The notes below the pieces were generated by a model. That model was not told the DNA's origin. It searched no databases and was given only the letters and a program-made list of their open reading frames with translations. Shown here piece after piece: positions 1-10,221 of a DNA stretch of 44,890 nt (position 1 is the first letter of the stretch; every line of letters starts with the position of its first letter). The stretch is from Gammaproteobacteria bacterium (GTDB taxonomy: Bacteria; Pseudomonadota; Gammaproteobacteria; Pseudomonadales; Pseudohongiellaceae): contig PBTO01000115.1 in NCBI GenBank assembly GCA_002726595.1, positions 1-44,890 of the forward strand. The letters are read 5' to 3'. The translations under genes were made by a program, and so were the position numbers.

Positions 1-516
1 ATGCTGGTGGCCCTGGGCATGATCATGTTGTATATCGCCGTGCGTTTTCAATTCAAATTCTCGGTGGGGGCAGTAGTAGCCCTGGCCCATGATGTTATTA
101 TCACGCTGGGCATTTTTTCCATCTTCCGGATGGAATTCGATCTGAACACCTTGGCGGCCCTATTGGCAATAATTGGCTATTCCCTTAACGATACCATCGT
201 AGTTTCGGACCGGATCAGGGAAAATTTCCGCCGCATGCGCAAAGGAACCCCGATAGAAATGGTTAATGCTTCCCTCAATCAGGTGCTTGGCCGCACGCTG
301 GTAACATCCTTTACAACCTTGCTGGTGCTGTTTTCCATACTGTTTATCGGCAGTGAGTCCACCCAGGGCTTCGCCCTCGCCTTGATAATCGGCGTGATTG
401 TGGGTACTTACTCTTCCATTTACGTGGCCAGCAATGTCATCATCTATATGAACGTCACCAGGGAAGATCTGATGATCCCGGTTAAGGAAGGGGTTGAGTT
501 GGATAGCACGCCCTGA
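1..516 (+). CDS. secF: Protein translocase subunit SecF, C-terminal part (5' end lies outside the window)
   Basis: The ORF is open from base 1. The translation shows the SecD/SecF C-terminal membrane module (GYSLNDTIVVSDRIRENF motif followed by several hydrophobic helices). Confidence 0.85.
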   Translation: MLVALGMIMLYIAVRFQFKFSVGAVVALAHDVIITLGIFSIFRMEFDLNTLAALLAIIGYSLNDTIVVSDRIRENFRRMRKGTPIEMVNASLNQVLGRTLVTSFTTLLVLFSILFIGSESTQGFALALIIGVIVGTYSSIYVASNVIIYMNVTREDLMIPVKEGVELDSTP

Positions 517-553
517 TCCGCGTGTTGGTACTGCCCAACGGGTCATTCCGCCA

Positions 554-590
554 GGTGTTTGGCGATTTTTTGAAACAACACCCCTTTTTC
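554..590 (+). terminator. Weak candidate terminator after secF
   Basis: GGTGTT (554-559) pairs with AACACC (577-582) and is followed by CCTTTTT. The stem is short and the loop is large. Confidence 0.3.
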
Positions 591-798
591 TGTTATAGCC
601 CACACCATTGCCTGTTCCGGGGGTATTGTTAATAGTAAAGTTGAACTTTTTTAAGGCGATACAATCACAAAGAAGCAGAAATTCGATAAATCATTGTCAG
701 ACGGCACGCGGCATGTGTTATGTTCTGTCACTGCTGAATTTAGACCGGCGTGGCGAATAAGCCGTGCTACATAAGATTATTCCAGGAACTACTTTTTT

Positions 799-3138
799 AT
801 GTCCGCCAGCAGTAAGTCAGCCAATCGAATATCTCGGCTCATTCCACTTCCCAGCCTGTTGCAACTGATATTCCTTGCATCTTCCCTGACTGTTGCCACA
901 CAACTACAGGCACAGAACAGCGAGTTGTTTCCCCGTCCAGCCGAGCTGGAACCGGCCATCGGTTTTTGGGTCAGGGTTTATACCGAAGTAGATACTCAAA
1001 GCGGTTTTCTGCACGATTCTCAGAATCTGTCCGTCATCTACACTGCCCTGCCGCGGAATCGGAGGGGGATCGAAAATACCCGTGAGCGCATTCAGCAAGA
1101 TCTCAGAATTCTGGGCTCTGGCAGGCGTAGTAATTTAACCAGTGATCAGAAGGAAATCCTCGACTTGTGGCCGGCGGATGTCAGCAACCAGACACTTAAC
1201 AATGCTGCCAATAATGTACGCTGGCAGTTAGGCCAGTCCGATCGGTTTCTAGGCGGTCTGCAGCGCTCCGGTGCCTACCGGCAGCATATCAACCAGGTGG
1301 TAAGAGAGAAGAACCTGCCGCTTGAACTGGGTGTATTACCCCATGTTGAATCCTCGTTCAATCCCGGTGCGTTATCCAGTGCTTCGGCGGCAGGCATGTG
1401 GCAATTCGGCAGAGCAACGGGACAGCGGTTCATGCGCATAGACCACATAGTCGATGAACGTATGGACCCGTATACCGCTACCAACGCCGCGATGAGCCTG
1501 CTGGAGTACAATTACAGCGTGCTTGGAACCTGGCCACTGGCACTTAATGCGTACAATCATGGTGTAGGTGGCATTGCCCGGGCAGTCAGGGAAACCGGTA
1601 CACGCGATATCGCCACTATTATTGCCAATTACCGGGGCCGGGCTTACGGTTTTGCCTCGCGTAATTTCTACCCCCAGTTTCTTGCGGTTTTGGAAGTTGA
1701 GAACAATGCGCAACGCTTCTTCGGCGATGTGCGCTTTAATCCGACACCGGATTTTGTGGAGGTCGTTACAGATTCCTATATCGATGCAGAGGTCTTTGCC
1801 CGCTCGATCGGCATCAGTCTGGAGCAGTTGCAGGCGGATAATCGTGCGCTCAGGCCGGTGGTATGGGAGGGCAATAAACGCATTCCAGAAAGTTTCACGA
1901 TCAAGGTGCGGCGCGGAGCTGTCGCCAATCCAGACCAGTTGCTCGCCCAGATACCAGCCGATTTTAAATTTCCAGTACAGACACCTGACATCGCATACAT
2001 TGTAGAACGTGGCGACAGTCTGTCGGTGATAGCCAGGCGGTTTGACACCACGGTCGGCAGACTGGTTACGCTCAATCAACTGGCAAGCCGGAACCGGATC
2101 AGCATCGGGCAGCGTCTATTGCTGCCGCAGGATAATGACGAACTGCCACGACTCCCGCTTGGCACGCCACAGCCACCCCCGAGTGACGGTATTTACACTG
2201 TACGCCGCGGTGATACGGTTTCCTTGATTGCGACTCGTTTTAGTATCGAGGAGACTGAATTATTAAGCCTCAACGGAATACAGGATCGCCATAGAATTTA
2301 TCCCGGGCAGGAGGTTACGCTACCAGGTTTTGAAACTCCCACCACCGAGTTAGCCGTCATCAACGCAGCCAATGAACCGGTTCCACCGGTGCAGGTGCAG
2401 TTCGCGGAGGCAGAGAATGAAACGCAGCCGGAAGCCGTCATTGAGGTGGCTGGTACCGGTTCAGCCGCAACTGCAACTACCCCAACTGAGGCTCCCGCTA
2501 CAATAGCTGAACCCGAGCCAGTGTCAGAGCCCGAGCCTGAACCGGTACAACTTGCACTGAACGAAGTGAGGCTGCCGCCGGCGGCAGTTTTACCTGACGA
2601 TCAGCAACTCGAGACGCCGGTTTCAGAGGACGATGAACAAGCCGTTGCCGTCGATCCGGTGTTTGATGTGTCGCAGAGTAATGCCGAGCTAGCGGAAGCT
2701 CTGTCAGCGGATCCTTCGGATTATTCGGTGGCGGCAAATAATTCTGTCGAGATTCAGGCCTTGGAGACTCTCGGTCATTATGCCGACTGGCTGGAAATTC
2801 GCGCATGGGATCTACGCAGGTTGAATAATATGAGTTTCAGTACTCCGGTCATTATAGGCAACCGACTGTCTCTCGATTTCTCGCGAGTCAATATTGCCGA
2901 ATTCGAATTGAAACGGCGCGAGTTTCATTCCAATCTGCAACAGGAATTCTTCAGCCGGTATCGCATTCAGGATGTGGAACAATACAAAGTCGCTGAAAAT
3001 GACAACATCGGCTCAATCGCACGAACCCGCTATAACACACCAATCTGGTTACTACGCCAATACAATCCCGATCTGGATTTCAACCGCATTCAAATAGATC
3101 AGGAGATTGTGTTTCCACTGCTGGAAAGCGTGGAGTAA
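799..3138 (+). CDS. mltD: Membrane-bound lytic murein transglycosylase with three LysM domains (MltD-like) and a long acidic Pro/Glu-rich linker
   Basis: It has an N-terminal signal-like segment and an SLT catalytic motif (HVESSFNPGALSSASAAGMWQF). There are three LysM-like units: YIVERGDSLSVIARRF, YTVRRGDTVSLIATRF and YKVAENDNIGSIARTRY. An EPEPVSEPEPEPV linker is also present. Confidence 0.8.
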   Translation: MSASSKSANRISRLIPLPSLLQLIFLASSLTVATQLQAQNSELFPRPAELEPAIGFWVRVYTEVDTQSGFLHDSQNLSVIYTALPRNRRGIENTRERIQQDLRILGSGRRSNLTSDQKEILDLWPADVSNQTLNNAANNVRWQLGQSDRFLGGLQRSGAYRQHINQVVREKNLPLELGVLPHVESSFNPGALSSASAAGMWQFGRATGQRFMRIDHIVDERMDPYTATNAAMSLLEYNYSVLGTWPLALNAYNHGVGGIARAVRETGTRDIATIIANYRGRAYGFASRNFYPQFLAVLEVENNAQRFFGDVRFNPTPDFVEVVTDSYIDAEVFARSIGISLEQLQADNRALRPVVWEGNKRIPESFTIKVRRGAVANPDQLLAQIPADFKFPVQTPDIAYIVERGDSLSVIARRFDTTVGRLVTLNQLASRNRISIGQRLLLPQDNDELPRLPLGTPQPPPSDGIYTVRRGDTVSLIATRFSIEETELLSLNGIQDRHRIYPGQEVTLPGFETPTTELAVINAANEPVPPVQVQFAEAENETQPEAVIEVAGTGSAATATTPTEAPATIAEPEPVSEPEPEPVQLALNEVRLPPAAVLPDDQQLETPVSEDDEQAVAVDPVFDVSQSNAELAEALSADPSDYSVAANNSVEIQALETLGHYADWLEIRAWDLRRLNNMSFSTPVIIGNRLSLDFSRVNIAEFELKRREFHSNLQQEFFSRYRIQDVEQYKVAENDNIGSIARTRYNTPIWLLRQYNPDLDFNRIQIDQEIVFPLLESVE

Positions 3139-3159
3139 AACGGCTCTTTGAGTCGATGT

Positions 3160-3185
3160 CTGTACTGCCCCGAAGAGCAGTACAG
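3160..3185. terminator. Perfect 9-bp hairpin between convergent genes (no U-tract)
   Basis: CTGTACTGC (3160-3168) and GCAGTACAG (3177-3185) are separated by an 8-nt loop. The hairpin lies between the stop codons at 3138 (+) and 3286 (-). Confidence 0.3.
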
Positions 3186-3285
3186 CGAGTAGCTTCATTC
3201 CTTATTCCCCACTTAAGTCTCTGGCTTCTCAGCGTGGGCGGGCCACGGAAACCGTACCCTCCTACTTTGAGGCATTGCTGCCGGC

Positions 3286-4140
3286 CTAAAAGAAAAACTG
3301 CAGGCCTATGCCGTTTCCATACTCCGTATCCCTGTGCACGGTAATTGCAAAACGGTTGCTCAAGCGGTAATTGAATCCGTAGCGGCGCTCATTATCGGTG
3401 TTCCAACGCCAGTCGAAACCGAAGTTCTTGGTTAGATCCATTTCGGACTGCAACTCCAATCGAAAATCGCCGTGGTCATCGACGCGCCATCCGCTGTCGA
3501 TCAGAAACGGTAAGGTGATATTCAGCCCGGCGATCGCGATATCATGGCTGCTGTCATGGTGATGTTCCCTGGTTTCCATGCCTGCAAATCCGGACACAAA
3601 TCGGCTGAAATGATAGTTGTACAGGAGGTGCACTTCATAACTATCAACCACGTCGGCATCCAGCTCAAAATCGAAGGAGTGACGCTCGTCGGAGAGGGTG
3701 AATTCATAATCCATGAACTGGCTCATGAGGTGAAATTCATCGATCCTGAACCATCGATTCGCGGGTTGCATCAATCTACTGGTGTCTTGAGTAAACAAAG
3801 AGCTCTCTTCATAACTCACCACCCTGGCCATACCAGTCTTCATGTGGTACTGATTGTGACAATGAAACAACCAGTCCTCTTCCGCAGATGCATCGAACTC
3901 GATCATCACATGGCCCATAGGCGGTATGTTTACCGTATGCTTTAGCGGGCTCCTTGCGCCGTGCTGGTTAATGACACGAAAGAAGTGGCCATGCAGATGC
4001 AGAGGATGGTGCATCATGGTGTCGTTGCTCAGATGAAAGCGTACATTCTCACCCTTGCGAATAATGACCTGGGCCTCTTCCCGGACTGACTTGCCACCAG
4101 GACTCAGACCACCCTGCTGACCAACGCGATGAATCCACAT
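3286..4140 (-). pseudogene. 5'-truncated multicopper-oxidase (CopA-type) C-terminal cupredoxin domain fused in frame to a CopB-like outer-membrane segment
   Basis: The translation carries the C-terminal MCO copper motifs HPLHLHGH and HCHNQYHMKTGM. It then runs without a stop into a CopB-like region ending GIGLQFFF. There are no MCO domains 1-2 and no signal or Tat peptide. The rest of the tracked ORF (4141-4368) is antisense to the neighbouring gene. Confidence 0.55.
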
Positions 4141-5274
4141 TATGTGGCAGAGACTGGCCATCTGCTGTTTATGCGTCAGGGGGCACTCATGGCAGTCGGC
4201 TTCGATCCAGACCAGCTTGTAAAAGAAGGCGACCCGGTGCTTATAGAGGAAGACGTGATGCAATCCCTCGGCATGCCAAACGTTAATTTCGATACAGGTG
4301 CCGCACAGCTGGCCGTGTCCTCGTCTGGGCATCTGGCGTATGTGCGCGGTGGTGTATTTCCAATTCAAGCGGGGACGTTGATGCGTGTGACGCCTGAGGG
4401 TGGAGCGGAACCTCTCGATTCAGTTTCTCTTGCAAATTTCAGCTTCTACTATATGAGGTTGTCCCCCGGGGGCGATCGACTTGCGTTCGTGGACGTCCAA
4501 GGACGCAGGGCTAACATCTATGTGCATGACTTTGCTCGCGACACCACTCAGCAGCTGATCACCGGCGGCTACCGCAGTACGTTTTTGAGTTGGAGTCCGG
4601 ATGGTGAATCCATCGCATTCAGTACAAACCGTGAAGACGGTGTTAATAACATTTATCGTATGCCGGCGGACGGCAGCGGTGAGCAGCCGGAACGCCTGGC
4701 ACCTTCAGACCAGTTTCAGTCCATGATGTCGTGGTCATCCGATGGGGTCATAGCTTACATGCAGGGCGGTGATATATGGATGCTACCACCCGATGGCGAG
4801 CCCGCACCCTTTTTCACCTCAGAGGTATTTGAGTCCCATGCCACTTTTTCGCCGGATGGCAAGTGGCTTGCTTATACTGCTGGAAGTTCGAGAGGGAATG
4901 AGGTGTACATTCGCCCCTATCCCGGTCCGGGGACTGCGGCTTTGATCTCCGGCAACGGTAGTGCTGCTCCCGCGTGGTCGCGCGACGGCACACAGCTCTA
5001 CTTTCGACAGGGTAGTCTAATTCTTCAAACTGTGGTCCTGATGGTGGTGGATATAACCGAGGGGAGGCCATCACCCGCACGGCTGCTCATCGATCCCTGG
5101 CCTTACATGAATCTTAATCCGACAAGGAGTTTCGACGTTCTAGAAGAGGGTGGGTTCATCGCAACTACTATGGATGGAGCGCAGGTCGCTGATGCGAGTG
5201 AGCGCTATCGGGTCGACGAAATTCAGGTGGTTTTAAACTTCTTCGAGGTGCTGCGTCAGCGAGTGGTGGATTGA
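4129..5274 (+). CDS. PD40/TolB-like beta-propeller protein, apparently missing its N-terminal part
   Basis: It has repeated PD40-like units (SWSPDGESIAFS, FSPDGKWLAYTA, APAWSRDGTQLYF). The C-terminal VVLNFFEVLRQRV tail is typical of kinase- or regulator-linked TolB-like proteins. The ORF opens in mid-repeat (HLLFMRQGALMAVGFDPDQL) with no signal peptide or upstream domain. Confidence 0.5.
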   Translation: MNPHYVAETGHLLFMRQGALMAVGFDPDQLVKEGDPVLIEEDVMQSLGMPNVNFDTGAAQLAVSSSGHLAYVRGGVFPIQAGTLMRVTPEGGAEPLDSVSLANFSFYYMRLSPGGDRLAFVDVQGRRANIYVHDFARDTTQQLITGGYRSTFLSWSPDGESIAFSTNREDGVNNIYRMPADGSGEQPERLAPSDQFQSMMSWSSDGVIAYMQGGDIWMLPPDGEPAPFFTSEVFESHATFSPDGKWLAYTAGSSRGNEVYIRPYPGPGTAALISGNGSAAPAWSRDGTQLYFRQGSLILQTVVLMVVDITEGRPSPARLLIDPWPYMNLNPTRSFDVLEEGGFIATTMDGAQVADASERYRVDEIQVVLNFFEVLRQRVVD

Positions 5275-5345
5275 GTCAACAATCAAAGGGGTTTTCGCGG
5301 CTACATAATGCTGCAGTCGAACAAGAATAAAAAGGGAGAAACATT

Positions 5346-6404
5346 TTGAATTTTCACAGCGTACGATTCATTGCATTACTTACGATCATAGCCGGGTCGA
5401 CGCTAACTCGCAGCTTCGCTCAGGACGTTGTAGTGCCGAGGAATTTCGATGCTGAGATTGAAGCTGCCTTGCGCTCGGCCAAGCGGGCGGCTGGTTTTGA
5501 ATTTCTTGGCACACTCAATCGGATTTGTCTGCTGCCGGCCAGTGGTGGGGTAAACACCAGCGATAACCTGCCAAGATATGTAAGAGACCCTGACACCATC
5601 CCGGCGCGCGAGGTCTGGTACGCTGAGCCCGCCAAAGTCTATGACAATCTTTATTTCGTCGGCGGCAAGGTGCACACATCCTGGGCGCTGACCACAAGCG
5701 ACGGCATTATTATTATTGATACGATCTTCCCCTATAACTCCGAAGAATTGATCATCGGCGGATTGGAGAAGCTCGGCCTCAATCCGGCGGACATCAAATA
5801 CGTCATCATTTCTCACGCCCATGGAGACCATATCGGGGGCGCGCAGATTCTACAGGAACGCTACGGTGCCCAGGTTGCCATGGGCGCTGCGGACTGGGAC
5901 CTGGTCACAACTTACCCAAACCGTTATGCAACCATGGCGCCAAAGCGTGAGATAGTGGCAACCGATGGGATGCAACTTATCCTGGGTGACACCATTGTTT
6001 CGCTGTGGGAAACCCCGGGTCACACGCCCGGTACGCTGTCCTATACGTTTACCGTTTTCGATAACGGCAGGCCAGTGAGCGTGGCGTATTCCGGCGGCAC
6101 CGCTTTCAACTTTGTGAACAATACGCCAGATCCGGGAATCGAGAATTTTCAGATATATATCGAGGCCCAGCAGCACATTGCGCAGCAAGCGGAGGCCGTC
6201 GCTGCCTCTGTGCTGCTTTCCAATCACTCGGAATTCGACAATGCAGTTAACCGGAACAAGATGCTGGCAGGTCGTGGGGACGGTCCACATCCGTACGAAG
6301 TCGGCGCAGAGTGGGTGCAGCGCTACTTCCAGGTGATGCAGGGGTGCGCCCGCGCAGCGCAGTTACGGCTCGAGAAAGAGCTCTTCGAAAACCCCACACT
6401 TTAA
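5346..6404 (+). CDS. Exported metallo-beta-lactamase-fold hydrolase
   Basis: TTG start preceded by AGGGAGA. A signal peptide ends at SFAQD. The HxHxDH motif is present (SHAHGDHIGG), with a downstream TPGHTPG. Confidence 0.8.
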   Translation: MNFHSVRFIALLTIIAGSTLTRSFAQDVVVPRNFDAEIEAALRSAKRAAGFEFLGTLNRICLLPASGGVNTSDNLPRYVRDPDTIPAREVWYAEPAKVYDNLYFVGGKVHTSWALTTSDGIIIIDTIFPYNSEELIIGGLEKLGLNPADIKYVIISHAHGDHIGGAQILQERYGAQVAMGAADWDLVTTYPNRYATMAPKREIVATDGMQLILGDTIVSLWETPGHTPGTLSYTFTVFDNGRPVSVAYSGGTAFNFVNNTPDPGIENFQIYIEAQQHIAQQAEAVAASVLLSNHSEFDNAVNRNKMLAGRGDGPHPYEVGAEWVQRYFQVMQGCARAAQLRLEKELFENPTL

Positions 6405-6518
6405 GAAGGCCAATTCATCAGGAAGAAGTTCAAACCAGAAATATGCCAGTTATTTAAAACGGACGTTCAGTACAAATTATTCTATACTCAGCACTAAAAT
6501 AGTATCGAGGGTATTTGT

Positions 6519-8312
6519 ATGAGCATTACCATAACCGCTGACAGGTTTTCTCAGAATCCTATATCGACGCCTTTGATGCGCCGGTTCACAAGCAGGCTTG
6601 CACTTACATTTGTTGCCGCACTATCAGTAGCCTGTGCGCCTGAACAGCAGGCCGTCGAAAACTCGCCGACTGTTGTTTCAACAACCTCCTATGCGCCTCA
6701 GAACCGGCCCGATGTGAGAGGAATGAAGGGTGCTGTTTCTTCCGATCATCCATTGGCGACCCAGGCGGGCTTGCGGGTATTGCAGGAAGGCGGCAATGCG
6801 ACCGATGCCATCATCGCCATGGCCGGGGTTCTGGCTGTCGTTCGACCCCATATGAACGGCATTGGTGGCGACGCCTTCGGTATTTTTTATGATGGCGAGA
6901 GTGGGGAAATCACGGCGCTGAATGCCAGTGGCAGAGCCGGCGCAGCGGCAACACCTGAATTTTTTATGGCGGCAGGTGTGGATCGAATTCCTGGATCAGG
7001 CGCCCTCTCGGTGAGCGTACCCGGCGCCGTTGCTGGCTGGGAAGATGCTCATGAACGATTCGGCACGATGGATTTTCAGTCTCTGCTTGCTCCAGCAATC
7101 GATTATGCGAAGAACGGCTTTCCAGTTTCGACCCGGCTGGCAATGGATTTTGAAGAACAGGGGCGCTCACTGAACCAGGCCGGGCGCAATCTGTATTTGC
7201 CCAATGGCTCGGCGCCTGAGGTTGGGACATTACTTAAAAACGAAGCGCTGGCCGCATCGCTCGATACTATTGCGCGCGAGGGAAAGGCGGCTTACTACGA
7301 TGGTGCGATTGCACGGCAACTGGCGGCATTTGTCACCGAGCAGGGTGGTCATCTGCGGGCCAATGACTTCGTTAATCACACCTCCACCTGGGTGGAGCCG
7401 CTTCGCGGTGATTATCTCGGGCACACGTTTCTTGTCATGCCACCCAATACTCAGGGGGTGGCCCAACTCGCCCTGATGGAAATGGCGAAGTCGCACCCGA
7501 TCGAGTCACTCGGGCATAATACTGCTGAGTATTTGCACACACTAATCGAGTTGAAGAAACTGGCCTTTGCAGATCGCGATCGCTGGGTTGCTGATCCTGA
7601 GCTTGCCGCGGTGCCGGTGAATCGACTGCTCGATGCAGATTACCTGCGTGAGCGTTCCGCACTGGTCGATGCAAACCAGGCCGCAGAGTCAGTGGAGCCG
7701 GGTTTCGGCGATGAAATATTTTCCAACAGTGATAAGGACAGGGAAGATGCGGGTGATACCGTTTACCTGACCGCGGTGGATCAGTGGGGTAACGCGGTGA
7801 GCTGGATTCAGAGTAATTTCGCCGGCTTCGGTTCTGGACTGCTCGACTCAGAAACGGGCATCCTGCTACACAATCGTGGTTCACTGCTTTCACTCCAGTC
7901 CGGTCATCCCAATGAGGTGGCGCCGGGCAAGCGCCCCTATCATACACTCTCACCACTCATGGCGATTTATCCCGATGGAGGTTTTGCTTTTACCATGGGT
8001 ACGCCCGGAGGTGATAGTCAGACTCAATCGTTGTTACAGATTGTGCACAATATGCTGGTGTTTGGTATGACTCCACAACAGGCTATCGAGGCACCGCGAT
8101 TTCGATCCTCAGGCGGACTCTCGGTTGCCATCGAGGATCGTGTTACTCCCGAGGTGTTGTCCGCGCTTGAATCCTTGGGTCACAGACTGCGGATTGTTGA
8201 AGGTTGGACCGCTATCTTCGGTGGTGCTCAGATGATCTTCCATGATCCGGAGTCAGGTGTGCTGACAGCGGCGGCTGACCCACGGCGCGAAGCCTATTCG
8301 CTGGCCTACTAG
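6519..8312 (+). CDS. ggt: Gamma-glutamyltransferase
   Basis: The length is right for the family and there is a signal or lipoprotein-like leader (an alternative start is Met at 6576). The autoprocessing/nucleophile region is GDTVYLTAVDQWGNAVSWIQS, and a C-terminal GTPGGDSQ motif is present. Confidence 0.85.
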   Translation: MSITITADRFSQNPISTPLMRRFTSRLALTFVAALSVACAPEQQAVENSPTVVSTTSYAPQNRPDVRGMKGAVSSDHPLATQAGLRVLQEGGNATDAIIAMAGVLAVVRPHMNGIGGDAFGIFYDGESGEITALNASGRAGAAATPEFFMAAGVDRIPGSGALSVSVPGAVAGWEDAHERFGTMDFQSLLAPAIDYAKNGFPVSTRLAMDFEEQGRSLNQAGRNLYLPNGSAPEVGTLLKNEALAASLDTIAREGKAAYYDGAIARQLAAFVTEQGGHLRANDFVNHTSTWVEPLRGDYLGHTFLVMPPNTQGVAQLALMEMAKSHPIESLGHNTAEYLHTLIELKKLAFADRDRWVADPELAAVPVNRLLDADYLRERSALVDANQAAESVEPGFGDEIFSNSDKDREDAGDTVYLTAVDQWGNAVSWIQSNFAGFGSGLLDSETGILLHNRGSLLSLQSGHPNEVAPGKRPYHTLSPLMAIYPDGGFAFTMGTPGGDSQTQSLLQIVHNMLVFGMTPQQAIEAPRFRSSGGLSVAIEDRVTPEVLSALESLGHRLRIVEGWTAIFGGAQMIFHDPESGVLTAAADPRREAYSLAY

Positions 8313-8600
8313 GCTGGGAGTACTATGCGCTTCGCCGGAACAATCTCGATTCCGCAGGAAGTGTTCGCGGCGGTGCTGGAGCATACTGCCCGGAGTCTCC
8401 GGCAGCACTGTTCGGTCAACGCATTCTTGAGATGCAGATTAGCGATGCGGTCAATCAGATAACTGTAGAAAGATTGAGCAAGCGCAGGTAAGATAGATTA
8501 AGTACGCTTTATAATCCGGCCCCACAGTAATACCTTTTCTTGTTAACAATCAACACGCTGTGGAATTCGGGGCCTGCCCGAGTAATTTAGGAGATCAGCC

Positions 8601-9644
8601 ATGTCAATCACCAACCAGTTGTCAGTTACCTCTGCCGTCCTTGGTTTATCATTATCCGTCGTGTCGAGTATCGGTCTGGCTCAAAGTGCTGAAAGACCCG
8701 AATTAAGCGGGGTCTGGACCAACGCGTCGCGCACCGGCCTGACCCGACCACGGGGCATTGAACAACTTGTGGTTTCTGCCGAGGAAGCCGAACAGATCGT
8801 GGCGAACATGGGGATAGCGGGTATATCACCTGACAATATAGCTGCCGGTCCGGCCATTGATCCCAATACAGGTGCGCCACCGGCGGGGGGACAGGATTTT
8901 GGCTTGCGTGGCTACAACCTGTTCTGGACAGATCCCGGTTCGACGCTTGCCTATGTAAAGGGTGAATATCGAACCTCATTGATTATTGATCCGGCAAACG
9001 GGCAGATACCGCGGCGGGTGAATCCTGAAAACTTCCAGCGGCGTAACTTCGGTATCCGTTATTTTACCGGCGTTGGTGATGCCGCGGGTCCTGAAGCCAT
9101 GCCCATAGAAGAACGCTGTCTCATTGGATTCGGGAATACGGCCGGTCCGGGCATGATGGGTACGCTTTACAACAGCACCTACCAGTTCATCCAGACTGAA
9201 GACTATGTCACCATACTGGTGGAGATGGCCCATGATGCCCGCATTGTTCCTATTTTTGATTCGGCCGAGGAGGCGCGGGCCACACACCGACCCGAAAGCC
9301 ACAAGCCCTGGTTTGGTGACTCAAGAGGCTGGTATGAAAATGGTGCTCTGGTTATCGAGACGGATAACATCAATCCCTTACAGATGGAGCAAAGTTCAAT
9401 TCCGATAACAGAGGATGGCAAGATAACCGAACGCTTCAGCCGTTACTCTGATACCGAGATGGTTTATCAGTTCACAGTGGAGGACTCCAATCTTTATAGC
9501 CAGCCCTGGACTGCGGAGTTGAGCTACCATGCAACCGACGGGCGACTCTACGAGTACGCTTGTCACGAAGGTAACTATGCTATTGTTGGAATTCTTGCCG
9601 GCGCCCGCCGTCAGGAAGCTGAAGCTGAAGCTGAAGGAAGATAG
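8601..9644 (+). CDS. Exported protein of unknown function
   Basis: A strong SD (AGGAGA) lies 6 nt upstream. The signal peptide ends at GLAQS. I recognised no family motif. The C-terminal tail is EAEAEAEGR. Confidence 0.6.
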   Translation: MSITNQLSVTSAVLGLSLSVVSSIGLAQSAERPELSGVWTNASRTGLTRPRGIEQLVVSAEEAEQIVANMGIAGISPDNIAAGPAIDPNTGAPPAGGQDFGLRGYNLFWTDPGSTLAYVKGEYRTSLIIDPANGQIPRRVNPENFQRRNFGIRYFTGVGDAAGPEAMPIEERCLIGFGNTAGPGMMGTLYNSTYQFIQTEDYVTILVEMAHDARIVPIFDSAEEARATHRPESHKPWFGDSRGWYENGALVIETDNINPLQMEQSSIPITEDGKITERFSRYSDTEMVYQFTVEDSNLYSQPWTAELSYHATDGRLYEYACHEGNYAIVGILAGARRQEAEAEAEGR

Positions 9645-9681
9645 AAGATAGAAGGAATTGAACGATCACCAGGGGTCGGTT

Positions 9682-10221
9682 TTAGGGCGGCTTAACTGCA
9701 ATGACGTTGAGGCTCATCGCTCGTCCGTTGGCAAAATCCATATGTGGCAAATAGGCTCTGCTGTAGTCGTCGTAGTCTTCAGGGAGAAAATCTCGCCAGT
9801 CGTATAATTCGATATTGGTGAAGTTAGCGTCCTGAAGAAATTTCTGTAGCAGGGCAAAGTCGAAAGCCATGTGGTGAAAATTAAAGTCATAAGTCTGCCC
9901 CCCATAGAGCAGCCCCTGGCATCCATTAAGATTTTTTGCTGCGGTGTATTCAGCTGCTATGGCTGCGAAATCCGGAACAGCTAAGCGAATAATTCCGCCT
10001 TTTATCAATACCCGGTTCCATTCCACCAGGACATTGACAGTTTCGGACCGCTTAAAGTGCTCCAATACATGGGACGCGTAGATCTCCGCAATCGGCTCAT
10101 CCGAAAACTGACCAAGGTCTCTGGCGTTACAGACGAAATCGACGTTTTTATACGGGATGACATCGAGCTGTTTAAAACCCGGCAACACGTTCTTGCCACA
10201 GCCAAATGTAGTTTCACTCAA
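9682..10221 (-). CDS. Small class I SAM-dependent methyltransferase (Methyltransf_11-like)
   Basis: FGCGKNVLPGF, SHVLEHF and LIKGGIIRLAVPDF are spaced as in short type-11 methyltransferases. Confidence 0.6.
   Translation of the reverse strand: MSETTFGCGKNVLPGFKQLDVIPYKNVDFVCNARDLGQFSDEPIAEIYASHVLEHFKRSETVNVLVEWNRVLIKGGIIRLAVPDFAAIAAEYTAAKNLNGCQGLLYGGQTYDFNFHHMAFDFALLQKFLQDANFTNIELYDWRDFLPEDYDDYSRAYLPHMDFANGRAMSLNVIAVKPP

Noticed and set aside
160-603. 147-aa ORF on the minus strand
   Set aside because: It is entirely antisense to the well-supported secF reading frame and has no recognisable motifs. It is a shadow ORF.
1372-2079. 235-aa minus-strand ORF, plus several 60-145-aa ORFs between 904 and 2806
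   Set aside because: They all lie inside the MltD-like gene, whose SLT and LysM motifs fix the real frame. They are shadow ORFs.
4135-4147. Palindrome CCACAT-T-ATGTGG at the truncation junction as a site-specific recombination site
   Set aside because: A 6+6 inverted repeat is expected by chance roughly ten times in 45 kb. No recombinase, IS end or direct-repeat target duplication is nearby. I mention it only as a detail of the junction finding.
4141-4368. N-terminal 76 codons of the tracked 360-aa minus-strand ORF
   Set aside because: This part is antisense to the PD40/TolB-like coding sequence and shows no multicopper-oxidase similarity. The frame is open by chance, so I ended the remnant at about 4140.
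8334-8471. Short ORF (about 45 aa) and an imperfect palindrome CTGCCCGGAG-T-CTCCGGCAG downstream of ggt
   Set aside because: The ORF is too short, has no SD and has no recognisable motif. The palindrome has a 1-nt centre, so it is not a plausible RNA hairpin, and I have no evidence for a binding protein.
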